Assembly (NCBI GenBank): GCA_963752285.1
Contig: CAVVXN010000005.1
Location: forward strand, 160,001-224,000
From: an uncultured Planctomycetota bacterium
Lineage (GTDB): Bacteria; Planctomycetota; PLA2; JAEUHO01
Direction of reading: 5' to 3'
Length of the DNA stretch: 64,000 bases
Shown: positions 21,201 to 32,558 of the stretch, piece after piece
Numbering within the stretch: the first letter of the stretch is position 1
Layout of the letters: every line of letters begins with the position of its first letter
Program-made: the position numbers and the translations under genes
The notes under the pieces: model-generated
What the model saw: the letters and a program-made list of their open reading frames with translations, nothing else
The model's database searches: none
What the model was told of the DNA's origin: nothing

Positions 21201-22270
21201 CCGAGGGCCCGAAGCCCGAGGGCCCGACGTCGAAGCCTCCCGTGCCGGCGACGCCCGAGCCCGAGACGCCGCCCAAGACGCCGCCCGCCGCCTCGCGCCA
21301 CGTGGCGGCGGACGCCGAGAACCCGCTCGCCGACGCCGTCGTGGGGGAGTGGGTGCGCTACCGCCTCTCCTTCGGGGGGACGGAGACCGTCGTCCGCTAC
21401 CAGGTCGCGGACGTCTCGAACGGCCAGGTGAGGATCGACCAGCAGGTCGAGTCGGGCGGCGCGTTCCTCCCGCCGATCCCGGACGAGGTCGCGCTCGAGC
21501 CGGTCGTGGAGCTGCTGAAGACGCTGGGCGACGTGACGAGCACGAGCCCGACCCGGGGCGTGGGGAGCGACGGGGAACGGCGGACCGCGCGGCTGGCTCT
21601 CACCTTCGCGTGGGGGGGCACGCCGATCGACCTCGTGTTCACGAACGACGTCCCCGTCCTCGGGTTGCTCAGCGCGTCGCTCCACGGGACGGTCGTGCTC
21701 GAGGCGATCGACTGGAGCGGTCGAGGTGCCGAGACGCCGGCGACGAGCCCGGAGCCGCCCGCCGAGTCGTCCGCGCCGCCGGGGGACGTGACGAGCCCGG
21801 GGAGCGGGTCCGCGGCGCCCGCGTCGTCGTCGGCCGCCGGCGCTACGGCCCCTCCGAACCCCCTGGACGACGCCCAGGTCGGCGAGTGGGCGCGGTATCG
21901 CCAGACGACGTCGCGAGGGGAGATCACGATCACGCTCGAGGTCACCCGCGTGGACGCGGACGAGGTCGGGGTGAAGGCGACGATCGAGCACCAGGGCCAG
22001 GTGGTCGAGGGCCCCGAGCGACAGCAGGCGAAGGGCGCGGGCTTCTCCTTCCGCGGCGCGGAGGACGTGACCTGGTCCGAGGAGGACCTGACCGTCGCGG
22101 GGAAGGACCTTCACTGTCGCGTCGCGACGTTCACCACGAGACGCGGCGGGACCACGAAGCGGTGGTTCTCGACCGAGATCCCCGTGGCCGGGCTCGTCCG
22201 CGAGGAACGGGACGGCAAGGTCGTGCGCGAGCTCCTCGCGTGGGGCACGGACGGCCGGCCTCGGGACTGA
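18284..22270 (+). CDS. Exported tricorn-like S41 peptidase (PD40/TolB propellers, PDZ, S41 domain) with a duplicated C-terminal domain
   Basis: Signal peptide; many SPDG repeats; ASHLG, GYIHL, LDVRDNGGGN, catalytic SFSDAE, EGHGVVPD. GAGGTG precedes the ATG. Confidence 0.9.
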   Translation: MHRIVLACLASLLVLCLAPGVASAADAPTDGLRYPSLTPDGQTVVFAYRGDIWVAAVDGKGPVRRLTIHEAQDTLPRVSPDGKLVAFASQRGGGYDVYVVPIDGGVPRQVTFHGGAEVDCDWSPDGKRLLIMAARTPSLEGMDLYEVDVSGGTPRPVTEDGGREGSWHPDGKRVVYARGFNTIYQDDYQGGANYDLYTVPEPGALPERLTETPGNERYPCYSADGSTIYFVAEEHGVSGFYAMPASGGPRKRLTSFREDVLRPDLGWDGHTVVFEMGGRLCVTDLASPKPEARALPIIVRSDVRHSGVVERRLTSGPEQLDVSPDGTTLVFSVHGDLWTMPASGGEGRRLTSGPENDEWPRYSPDGRKIAYQSDKSGNSDIWLLDLATGKKTQLTDHKSDDFFHAWSPDGRRIVFASERSGNRDIWSLEIESGRLEQLTKDPAPDDDPSVSPDGRWVAFDSGRDGAQSIYVMPIDGGDARRVSQGTTFFQVPSFSPNGAMLLFEAYNPATGDSGGLYVASARGGPEMQVTQEGTGGRWDPKGGWVYYTVRGDEGTKVYRHPAPTSIDMGEPVPFEGRVDVEVHEELGQLFDEIWQHLKDGFYDPRMHGVDWDAMRRKYRPLAVDAEIKDEFQNVVRQMLAELKASHLGISGGEDDEAEGVRPEVVETGQLGMELDAEPQREGGYRVASVVPGGPADQTGLRVGDVVTGLAGKTLNESANLDKILAGTVHHEVPIVFRPLTATGLEQERKDTLTPASWQDMGNLVYRNWVVKNQRKVHDETKGQVGYIHLQAMNGQNLMRFQQAVAAWNRDRRVKAMILDVRDNGGGNIHQQLMEVLMARPFMQLQARETGQRVTQPALYWDKPVVLLVNERSFSDAEVFPYAFQTAKLGKIVGMPTAGGVIGTNDITLSDGSTLRIPRVGWWGMDGKELEGHGVVPDLVVPETPEDRRLGRDPQLASAIGVVKREIGQEKPAPEGPKPEGPTSKPPVPATPEPETPPKTPPAASRHVAADAENPLADAVVGEWVRYRLSFGGTETVVRYQVADVSNGQVRIDQQVESGGAFLPPIPDEVALEPVVELLKTLGDVTSTSPTRGVGSDGERRTARLALTFAWGGTPIDLVFTNDVPVLGLLSASLHGTVVLEAIDWSGRGAETPATSPEPPAESSAPPGDVTSPGSGSAAPASSSAAGATAPPNPLDDAQVGEWARYRQTTSRGEITITLEVTRVDADEVGVKATIEHQGQVVEGPERQQAKGAGFSFRGAEDVTWSEEDLTVAGKDLHCRVATFTTRRGGTTKRWFSTEIPVAGLVREERDGKVVRELLAWGTDGRPRD

Positions 22271-22407
22271 CCGCCCCGCCCCCCGGGCCTCCGCCGCCCG
22301 GCCCCCACCCCCGGGGCGGGGGGGCCGTGGACCGCCCCGCATGGCACGCGGACGCCGGTCGCCGTCCGGATCGTGCGTGCCGGCGCGCCCGGCGTTAGAA
22401 ACGAGGC

Positions 22408-24393
22408 GTGAGAAGCGTTCGGATCGCCGTGTGGATCCTCGTTGCCGCCGTCGCGGGCGCGCACGAGGCTTGGGCGCACGGGGGGCAGTTCCTGCCGCCG
22501 CCCCCGCCGGTCGGCATGCCGCCCACCCTCGTCCCGCCCACGCCGCCTGCCCTGACGCCCGGCGGCCCCGCGCCGCGTCCCACGACCCCCGGCACCGTGC
22601 CGCCGCCCGTGACGACGCCGACGCTTCCCACGTCCTCCGCGCCGGGCTTGAGGCGCGGGCGCACGGCGCCCACCGACCCGAACGCCTCGTGGGAGACGTG
22701 GTGGACGCTCGACCGGCTCGTGTGGCTGCCCGACCGGCGCGAGGCGTTCGCGCGAAACCCCACGACGCCGACCGAGGGGGGGGACCCGGACGCGTGGGCG
22801 CGCCGGCGCGCCGAGATCGCCGAGCGGGAGGTCGTGCCGATCCTGAGATCGCTCGTCGATCCCGCGCACCGCGTGCGTGACGACGTCCGCGGTTCCGCCC
22901 TGATCGCCCTCGCGCGGGTGGGGCGCGCGCCGGAGGACCTCGATCGCGTGCTCGCGTGGCTCGAGGACGAGCGCGCGCCCGACCTGGTTCGCGAGTCCGC
23001 CGCCATCGCGGTGGGACTCCGGCGGCGGAGCGATCCCTCCTGTCAGCTCGACGGCACGCGCCTCGACACGGCGCGCGAACGCCTGTTCGCCGTGTTCGAC
23101 GACGGGCACGCGCCGAGGCGGACGCGGGCGTTCTCGGCGCTTTCGCTCGGCCTACTCGCCGACCAGCCGTACGGCGACTCGTACACGAAGGAGGGCCGAC
23201 TCGTGGGGCGCGGGCTCTGGCTGCGCCTCGCGGGGCAGGACTCCGACACGGAGCTCACCGTCGCCCTCCTGACCGCGCTGGGGATGCAGCCCGTGGGGTC
23301 CGTCCCGGACGGCGTGCAGGAGGAGCTCACCTCGCTCGTGTTCGGGCGGCGCGCGCTGCACAGGCGCTGGAGCGCCGTCGAGCGGGGCCACGCCGCGGCG
23401 GCGCGCCTGCGGCTCGGCGGGCCGGGGACGGAGGCGCTCGTCGAGCGGTTCCTGATGGCGCGACGGCTTCCGAAGGAGATCGCGCAGGCGACGTTCGTCT
23501 CGTTCGCCCGCGTCGCCCCGCGGCTTCCGGCGTCGTCCCGCGTCGAGGTCGCGCGCGCGCTCGCCGTCGCGATCGACGGCGCGCACGACCCGCTCACGCG
23601 CGGCCTCGGGTACCTCGCGTGCGGGCACCTCCTGGGCGCGGAGGCCGCGGAGGGGGCGGACGACGTGCTCCAGGCGACCGACATCGACCATGACCTGGAG
23701 CTCCAGGCGAAGGGCGGTGCGCGCCCCTCGCGCGGGTTCGCGATCCTCGGGCTCGCGCTCGCCTGTCACGGCGCGAACCCCCGGACGCGCGCCGCGACGG
23801 CCTTCCTGGCGGCGTCCCGCGCCCTCCTCGCAGACCTCCTCCCACGGGAGAGCGACCCCGAGATCCAGGGCGCCCTGGCGGCCGCTGCCGGCCTCGCGGG
23901 CGCCGACGACGCGCGCCCCGCGCTCCGCGCGCTCCTGGGGGACCGCCACGGGACGCCCTCGGTACGGGGGCACGCCGCGGTCGCTCTGGCCTCGCTCGGC
24001 GACGGGGGCCCGGACACCGTCCGCCTGCTCCACCTCGCCGCCGCGGAGCGGAACCACCCCGAGCTCGGGGCCGAGGCCGCGCTCGCGCTCGCCCTCCTCG
24101 GGGGGCGCGCGGCGTTGACGCCGCTGCTCCAGGAGCTGTCCTCCGCGAAGACCGAGATCGCGACGGCCGCCGTCGTGCTCGCGCTCGGACGCCTCGGCGA
24201 CCCCGGCGCCGTGGGCCCGCTGGGTGAGCGCGCCGCGGACGACTCGCTCTCCGAGGCGCAGCGCGCGCTCGCCGTCGTCGCCCTGGGCCTCGTCGTGGAA
24301 CCCGAGCCGCGCCCGAGCCTCCTCCACCTGACCTTCGGGGGCTTCTACGTGGGACGGACGGACGCGCTGCACGAGGCGTACGGAATCCTGTGA
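22408..24393 (+). CDS. Exported HEAT-repeat protein
   Basis: Signal peptide ending AWA-HGGQF; Pro/Thr linker; WETWW motif; repeated VRGSALIALAR / VRESAAIAVG / VRGHAAVALA helices. Confidence 0.8.
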   Translation: MRSVRIAVWILVAAVAGAHEAWAHGGQFLPPPPPVGMPPTLVPPTPPALTPGGPAPRPTTPGTVPPPVTTPTLPTSSAPGLRRGRTAPTDPNASWETWWTLDRLVWLPDRREAFARNPTTPTEGGDPDAWARRRAEIAEREVVPILRSLVDPAHRVRDDVRGSALIALARVGRAPEDLDRVLAWLEDERAPDLVRESAAIAVGLRRRSDPSCQLDGTRLDTARERLFAVFDDGHAPRRTRAFSALSLGLLADQPYGDSYTKEGRLVGRGLWLRLAGQDSDTELTVALLTALGMQPVGSVPDGVQEELTSLVFGRRALHRRWSAVERGHAAAARLRLGGPGTEALVERFLMARRLPKEIAQATFVSFARVAPRLPASSRVEVARALAVAIDGAHDPLTRGLGYLACGHLLGAEAAEGADDVLQATDIDHDLELQAKGGARPSRGFAILGLALACHGANPRTRAATAFLAASRALLADLLPRESDPEIQGALAAAAGLAGADDARPALRALLGDRHGTPSVRGHAAVALASLGDGGPDTVRLLHLAAAERNHPELGAEAALALALLGGRAALTPLLQELSSAKTEIATAAVVLALGRLGDPGAVGPLGERAADDSLSEAQRALAVVALGLVVEPEPRPSLLHLTFGGFYVGRTDALHEAYGIL

Positions 24394-25277
24394 CTACCCG
24401 AGCGCGGCCTGCCGGGGCCGCGGGGCCCTCGGGCCGCGCGGTCCGGCGGGTCCTCTCTGTGGGAGGAACCGTCTTCCTCCTGCTCGTGGTCGCGGGGGTG
24501 CTCTTCCGCGTGTTCGGCATCGAACGTCGGTTCCTGTACCACCCCGACCGCCTCGTCGCGCGTACGCCCCGCGACGTCGGCCTCGCGTACGACGACGCGA
24601 CGTTTCCCGCCGCGGACGGGACGCGCCTCCACGGATGGTGGGTCCCCGCCGAGGGCGCGCGCCTGACCGTGGTCTGGTGTCACGGCAACGCGGGCAACAT
24701 CTCGGGACGCGTGGGCAACCTCGCGCTCCTGCACCGCCGTCTCGGCGTGAACGTCCTCCTCTTCGACTACCGCGGGTATGGCCGGAGCGACGGGACCCTC
24801 TCCGACCTCGACGAGCGGGCCACCTCCGCCGACGTGGAGGGCGCGCGCGCTTTCGCGCGCTCGCGGCCGGACGCGCGGGGGACGCGCCTCGTACTCTTCG
24901 GCCGGTCGCTCGGGGCGGCGGTCGCGCTCGCGGAGGCCGTCCGGGATCCGCCCGACGGCCTTGTGCTCGAGTCGCCGTTCACGTCGGTCGCCGCCATGGC
25001 CCGGGGGATCCTCCCGCTCGTCCCCTGGGGCCTCGTCCTCTCCTCGCGCTACGACTCGCTCCGGCGGGTCGGGGCGCTCCGCGCGCCGCTGCTGCTGGTC
25101 CACGGCGACCGGGACGAGGTCGTGCCGTTCGAGATGGGTCGGCGGCTCTTCGACGCCGCGCCCGAGCCCAAGACGTTCCTCCGCGTGGCGGGCGGGGGGC
25201 ACGACGACCTCGCGGAGGTGGGGGGCGAGGCGTACGTGGAGGCCTGGACGCGCTTCCTCGAGGCGATCGGGCCCTGA
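24390..25277 (+). CDS. Membrane-anchored alpha/beta hydrolase (ABHD13/BEM46-like)
   Basis: CHGNAGN, FDYRGYGRS, nucleophile GRSLG, HGDRDEVVP, GGHDD. Confidence 0.9.
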   Translation: MTTRARPAGAAGPSGRAVRRVLSVGGTVFLLLVVAGVLFRVFGIERRFLYHPDRLVARTPRDVGLAYDDATFPAADGTRLHGWWVPAEGARLTVVWCHGNAGNISGRVGNLALLHRRLGVNVLLFDYRGYGRSDGTLSDLDERATSADVEGARAFARSRPDARGTRLVLFGRSLGAAVALAEAVRDPPDGLVLESPFTSVAAMARGILPLVPWGLVLSSRYDSLRRVGALRAPLLLVHGDRDEVVPFEMGRRLFDAAPEPKTFLRVAGGGHDDLAEVGGEAYVEAWTRFLEAIGP

Positions 25278-25307
25278 CGGGGCGGGGGCCTTGGGACGCC
25301 GAGGTCC

Positions 25308-27473
<2,166 letters not shown>

Positions 27474-27509
27474 GGGGATTCCTCGCGAAGTCAGGGGACG
27501 AATCGCACG

Positions 27510-27537
27510 ACCGTAGAGGGAGGCCGGGCTCCGTCAA
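27510..27537 (-). promoter_or_regulatory. Putative sigma70 promoter for fusA (TTGACG-N16-TACGGT)
   Basis: Near-consensus -35 and a TANNNT -10 on the minus strand, 36 nt upstream of the ATG. Confidence 0.55.
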
Positions 27538-27675
27538 CCTTTCCCACCTCCCCGGATCCGGGTTTCTCCGCCCCTTCACGGGGGCGTGCGCCCGGTCGTG
27601 CTCGCGGCGCCTTCCGGAGGCGTGTCCCCCGGGGGTGCGAGACTGTCCGCGCCGCACGCGGAGGAGGCCCACGGG

Positions 27676-29355
27676 ATGTGGCACGACCCCGACGACCGCC
27701 TCCAGAAGGCCGTGGACCGGTTCGAGGAAGGCGACGTCGAGACCGCGCGGTCCATGCTCCGCGCGCTCGACCGACTCGGCGTCCTGAGCCCGCGGATCGA
27801 CCTGTACCTGGCGCACTGCCACCTCGAGGACGACCGTCCCCGGGCGGCGCTACGGCGCTACCGGCGCGCCCTCGGGCTCGACCCCCGCGAGGCCTCGGCG
27901 TGGGTGGGCGTCGCGCTCTGCCACGGCCGGCTCGGCCGGCTCGAGAGCGCGGTCGAGGCGCTCGAGCGCGCGCGGCGCCTCGACCCCGACCGCGAGGACG
28001 TCCACTGCCACCTCGCGCACTGCCACGCGCTTCTCGGAGACCTCGCGGCCGCAAAGGCGCACGCCGAGCACGCGATTCGTCGCGACCCCACGTGCCCCCA
28101 CGTCCACCGGCACCTCGCGGTGGCGCACCTCCTGAACGGAGATCCCGCGCAGGGTCTCGCGTGCTGGAAGGAGGTCCTGGCGCGCGACCCCGCTCATCCC
28201 GAAGCGGACGTGGGCGTCGGGAGGTGCCTGGCCGCGCTCGGGCGGCGGGCGGAGGCCCGCCGGCGGTTCCTCGCGGCGCTGGACGGCGACTACGCCGCCG
28301 ACGCGCACGCGGGCCTCGGCCAGATCGCCTGGGGCGAGGGGCGGATCGAGGACGCGGTCGTCCACTTCCGGGGCGCCGTCCATGCGGACCCCGATCACGC
28401 CGACGCGCGACTGCGCCTCGCCGAGACGCTCGCCGAGCTGGGGCAGGTCGCCGAGGCGTGGACCGCGATCGAGCCGCTCTCGACCTCGTGGGACACAGGG
28501 CCCGAGGCGGAGGACGTGGCCGACCTGGAGGTGGCGGAGGCCGCGGCGCGGATCCGCCGGCTCGGGGGCCGGCCCGCCGAGGGTCTCCGGCTGCTCCGCG
28601 CGCTCTGGGCCCGGAGTCCCGGCGCCGTGGACCGCGCCGTCGCGGTCGGGCGCTATCTGCTCGAGGCCCGACGCCCGGCCGCGGCGCGCCGCGTGCTCGC
28701 CCCCGCCGCCGAGCGGGAGCGTCGAGCGCGCGGGGCGCTCGGTGCGTCGGCCACGCGTCTCCTGGCGCGGGCGCTGGGGCGCGTCGGGCGGGCGCGCGAG
28801 GCGATCCCCCTCCTCTCCAAGGCGGCGGATCTCGCGCCCGGGGCCGAGGAGCTGCAGCTCGACCTGGCGGCGGCGCACCTCGCGGTCGGCCGGCCCGCGC
28901 GCGCCGAGCGTGCGCTTCTGCGCGCGCTCGGGCGCGCGCCGGGGCTCGCGGGCCTCTGGGCCGCCGCCGCGGAGCTCGCCATCGAGGACGATCGTCCCGA
29001 AGCCGCCCGCGCTCGGATCCGGCGCGCGCTCGCGCTGGACCGCCGCCACGGGCTCGGGCTCGCCCTCCTGACCCGGTATCTCGTCGAGCGCGGGAGCTGG
29101 CTTCGGGCGGTCCACGCCGCCCGCGCCGCGAGCCGCGTCCTTCCCCGGGACCACGCGGTCGTGAAGCACCTGGCTGAGGGCCTGCTGGGACTCGGCTGGG
29201 CCGGAGAGGCCATCCTGCCCCTCCGGCGGTACGTCCTGGCCCAGCCCGGGGACCCGGAGGGATACCGGCTCCTCGGGCGTGCGCTCGAGGCCACGGGCGA
29301 CGCCCCGGGCGCGAGCCTGCAACGGCGCCTTTCTCGAGCGGCGGTGCTAGCCTGA
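27676..29355 (+). CDS. Tetratricopeptide repeat protein
   Basis: Multiple 34-aa TPR-like units (YRRALGLDPREASAWVGVA, FRGAVHADPDHADARLRLA); GGAGG upstream of ATG 27676. Confidence 0.85.
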   Translation: MWHDPDDRLQKAVDRFEEGDVETARSMLRALDRLGVLSPRIDLYLAHCHLEDDRPRAALRRYRRALGLDPREASAWVGVALCHGRLGRLESAVEALERARRLDPDREDVHCHLAHCHALLGDLAAAKAHAEHAIRRDPTCPHVHRHLAVAHLLNGDPAQGLACWKEVLARDPAHPEADVGVGRCLAALGRRAEARRRFLAALDGDYAADAHAGLGQIAWGEGRIEDAVVHFRGAVHADPDHADARLRLAETLAELGQVAEAWTAIEPLSTSWDTGPEAEDVADLEVAEAAARIRRLGGRPAEGLRLLRALWARSPGAVDRAVAVGRYLLEARRPAAARRVLAPAAERERRARGALGASATRLLARALGRVGRAREAIPLLSKAADLAPGAEELQLDLAAAHLAVGRPARAERALLRALGRAPGLAGLWAAAAELAIEDDRPEAARARIRRALALDRRHGLGLALLTRYLVERGSWLRAVHAARAASRVLPRDHAVVKHLAEGLLGLGWAGEAILPLRRYVLAQPGDPEGYRLLGRALEATGDAPGASLQRRLSRAAVLA

Positions 29356-29498
29356 TGGCCCCAGCAGGTGACGCCCGGGCGCTCCGGACGTGGGAATGGA
29401 CCAGGTGCCCGAGAGATTCCGCACGCCGGGGGGCACGCATCCGAGCGGGGTGCGCGTGCTCAGGCCCCGGAAACAAGCCTCTGGAAGCCGTTTGTGGC

Positions 29499-29513
29499 TG
29501 GCAACGGGTTTGC
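29499..29513 (+). promoter_or_regulatory. Putative sigma54 (-24/-12) promoter TGGCAACGGGTTTGC
   Basis: GG-N10-GC spacing with TGGCA and TTGC flanks, 36 nt upstream of ATG 29550. Confidence 0.65.
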
Positions 29514-29549
29514 GTTAGCATCCAGGGTTGCCCGGTCGGGAGATCGCCC

Positions 29550-32351
29550 ATGGTGCACGTTCGCACGGTCCGCGGATTCGCCTTCGGCCTTGCCGTACTC
29601 GCCCTCGCCCTTGCCGCGCCCGCGTGCGGGGGAGGTGGCGGCGGCGCGAGCGGGGGTGCAAACCTCGTCCTCGTCGGCTTCCTGCAGTCGGGAACCGACA
29701 CGGCTCCGGTGAACACGGAGCTCCAGCTGACCTTCAGCGAGCCGGTGGACCCGGCGACGGTGAACGCGGGATCCGTCGAGATCCGCGAGGCCCCGGCCTT
29801 CGGCCTCACGGCCACGGGGACGTTCATCGTGCAGGGGAGCACCGTGCTCTTCCGTCCGAAGCTGCCCACCGACTGCGCGCTGCTCACGGGCGGACTGAAG
29901 CCGGGGACGACCTACCGGGTCACGGTGGTCGGCTATCCCGAGGAGTTCTCGATCAAGAGCATGAGCGGGTCGCCCCTCGAGCGCACCCAGAACTTCACCT
30001 TCAGCACGCTGCCCGAGACGAACTCGGACGTGCTGCAGGACCAGATCCCGGCCACGGCGCCGGTCGTGCTCTCCACCTCACCGGCCTCGCACGACGCGGC
30101 CGTCCCGGTGGTGGACGGCAACGAGATCGACGTGAACCTGAGCGAGAACCTCGACCCCTGCACCGTCAGCAAGGCGAACATCCAGCTCCACGTGTACCAG
30201 GTCGGTGCGCAGGCCGCGTACGTGCCGGCTCCGAACGGGCACAACTCGGGCTTCACGCCGATCGCGGACCAGGACACGGGTAACCCGTACTCCTGGGGCG
30301 CCTCGAACTCGACGACCCTCACGCCGCCGCAGCTCCTCCCGGCGAACATCGTGCTGGAGCAGACGCTCACCGCGACGCGCATCCGGGTGATCCCGAAGTT
30401 CGGCCGGTTCCCGGACAACAGCCTGGTCGTGCTCGAGCTCTCGTTCGGCGTCAAGGACTTCGGCGGGGACGGCCTGCCGCCCACCGTGGTCAAGTTCACG
30501 ACCGAGAACCAGCCGGCTCAGGACGGCGCGCTCTCGATCCCCTTCGACTCGACCACCCCGATCGTGAAGGGTCTCACGAGTGCGGACGTGAACACGGCGC
30601 GCGCGCCGGGCAAGGCGCAGGCCTTCCTGCTCTTCGCCGGCGACGGCGACAACGGGAGCACGTTCCTCACGCCGACCTTCCCGCGGGCCACGGCCGACTG
30701 CGCCTTCCGCGCGAACTCGGGCGTGAAGACCGACTTCAACCCCGACCCCACGACGACGCCCAGCGTGAACCTCGACACCGGCTCCACCCGGAACACGGCC
30801 TGCAACAACCAGACGGACGGCTCGACCGCCGTGGTCTGGGAGTTCGGGACGTTCCACCTCCAGCCCGGCGTGGTGGTCCGCATCGTGGGCAAGAACCCCG
30901 CGATCCTGCTGTGCCAGGGCGACGTGATGATCGAGACCGGCGCGACCCTGAAGGTCCGCGGTGACGGCGTGAACGGCTCCCCCAAGAGCGACGGGGCGAA
31001 CGGCCAGGGCTACATCTACTCGGGCGGCTACTTCTACCCCGTGAAGACCCTCGGCGGCTCCGGCACGGCGGGCGCCGGTGACGGCGGCGTCGCGCACTCG
31101 CGCTACGCCGAGAACCTCGTGTACAGCGAGAACGGGTGGGCCGGCTACTCGAGCCCCGACTACAACACGCCCGGCGAACAAGGCGGCGTCGGCGCGGGCG
31201 AGGGCCAGCCGGGCCTCAACTCGAATACGTCGAACGCGGGCTGCGGCTACGGTGGCGGTGGCGGCGGTCACGCGACCAAGGGCGCCGACGGCGGGAACTT
31301 CCTCGACTCGACCGAGAGCGAGGTGACCACGGAGCCGATCCAGGGTCATGGCCTCGGTGGCGACACGTACCCGACCGGCGCCAGCGCCGACCGCATGTTC
31401 ACTCCCTCGGCCGGCTCGGGCGGCGGTGGGGGCGGCGGTAACTCCTACAGCTCGTACACCCTCTACGACGGCCCGGGCGGCGGCGGCGGCGCCGGCGGCG
31501 GGTTCGTGGACATCACGTCGGGCGGCGGGATCTACATCTACGGGACGCTGGACGCGTCGGGTGGCCACGGCGGCAACGGGTCGCAGGGCTACTACAGCTA
31601 CTACGTCCCGGGTGGCGGTGGCGGCGGCGGCTCGGGCGGCGGCATCCGCCTCCTGACGCCGAACGACATCGACATCTCGGGCGGGACCGTGATCGCGGCC
31701 GGCGGCGCGGGCGGCATCGGTGGCTGGACGACGTACATGTCCACCACGGCGCAGCGAAACAACGGCGGCCTCGGCGGCCTCGGTCGCCTCGTCATGGAGG
31801 ACGGGGACTCGGTGATCACCGGTTTCGGCCTCGCGACGATCGCCCCGACGGAGGGCCAGGACGGCTTCTACCGCGGCAAGTTCTCGGCTTCCCGCTTCCA
31901 GGGCGGCGGCCTGAACCCCGTTGCGACCACCGACTTCATCTTCCTCGGGCCGATCTCCGCCGCGACCTTCTACTCCGCCCAGGCGTCGGACTTCGTCATG
32001 GGCATCCCCTCGGGGACGGGACGCGGGACCAACAAGACCAGCATCGTGGTGGAGCTCCAGGGCTGCCCGTTGCTGCCGGACGGCACGGCGGACACGTCCA
32101 GCAAGACGGGATGGCGGACGGCCGGCTACTTCCTGACGACCGCCGCGGGCGTCCAGTGGGTCCCGGACCTCAACCCGCCGGGAGGCGACGTCACGCTCTC
32201 GCCCGACAACACGGGCGCGGGGCTCTCCGCCCTGAACGGATCGGGCTACGTCCAGGTCCGGATCTCGTTCTTCCTGCCGTCCACGGTCACGGCGGTCCAG
32301 CCGGGTCCGTACGTGGACAACTACACGATCCGGTTCTCGTTCGACCAGTAG
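29550..32351 (+). CDS. Large surface lipoprotein with Ig-like (Big_5-type) domains and a Gly/Tyr-rich region
   Basis: Lipobox-like AAPA-CGGGG; LTFSEPVDPATVN and NLSENLDPCTV Ig-like motifs; many GGGGG(S/A)GG tracts; Thr/Asn/Tyr-rich composition; GGAG upstream. Confidence 0.8.
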   Translation: MVHVRTVRGFAFGLAVLALALAAPACGGGGGGASGGANLVLVGFLQSGTDTAPVNTELQLTFSEPVDPATVNAGSVEIREAPAFGLTATGTFIVQGSTVLFRPKLPTDCALLTGGLKPGTTYRVTVVGYPEEFSIKSMSGSPLERTQNFTFSTLPETNSDVLQDQIPATAPVVLSTSPASHDAAVPVVDGNEIDVNLSENLDPCTVSKANIQLHVYQVGAQAAYVPAPNGHNSGFTPIADQDTGNPYSWGASNSTTLTPPQLLPANIVLEQTLTATRIRVIPKFGRFPDNSLVVLELSFGVKDFGGDGLPPTVVKFTTENQPAQDGALSIPFDSTTPIVKGLTSADVNTARAPGKAQAFLLFAGDGDNGSTFLTPTFPRATADCAFRANSGVKTDFNPDPTTTPSVNLDTGSTRNTACNNQTDGSTAVVWEFGTFHLQPGVVVRIVGKNPAILLCQGDVMIETGATLKVRGDGVNGSPKSDGANGQGYIYSGGYFYPVKTLGGSGTAGAGDGGVAHSRYAENLVYSENGWAGYSSPDYNTPGEQGGVGAGEGQPGLNSNTSNAGCGYGGGGGGHATKGADGGNFLDSTESEVTTEPIQGHGLGGDTYPTGASADRMFTPSAGSGGGGGGGNSYSSYTLYDGPGGGGGAGGGFVDITSGGGIYIYGTLDASGGHGGNGSQGYYSYYVPGGGGGGGSGGGIRLLTPNDIDISGGTVIAAGGAGGIGGWTTYMSTTAQRNNGGLGGLGRLVMEDGDSVITGFGLATIAPTEGQDGFYRGKFSASRFQGGGLNPVATTDFIFLGPISAATFYSAQASDFVMGIPSGTGRGTNKTSIVVELQGCPLLPDGTADTSSKTGWRTAGYFLTTAAGVQWVPDLNPPGGDVTLSPDNTGAGLSALNGSGYVQVRISFFLPSTVTAVQPGPYVDNYTIRFSFDQ

Positions 32352-32386
32352 CCCTCGCCGGGCTTCTCCTCGAGCTTGCTCTCCGG

Positions 32387-32425
32387 GTGCGCCCGGGGCC
32401 CGTCGGGTCCCGGGCGCACTTCCTT
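32387..32425 (+). terminator. Likely intrinsic terminator after the lipoprotein gene
   Basis: 15-bp stem GTGCGCCCGGGGCCC-GTC-GGGTCCCGGGCGCAC (one G-U) followed by TTCCTT, between convergent genes. Confidence 0.6.
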
Positions 32426-32558
32426 GGGTGGTGCCGGCCTCGGGCGGGTCGGCCCTCGCGATGGGGGCGCGTCCGCCGCGGGCCCGGCGCGCCGTCGCGC
32501 GACCGGCGTACCTCCTGCGGAGCCGCCCGGGAGCCCCGGAGCCGCCCTCCCGGTTCGC

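Noticed and set aside
22342..22356. TGGCACG upstream of the HEAT gene at 22408 as a sigma54 promoter
   Set aside because: The -12 GC is at the wrong spacing (N9) and there is no TTGC.
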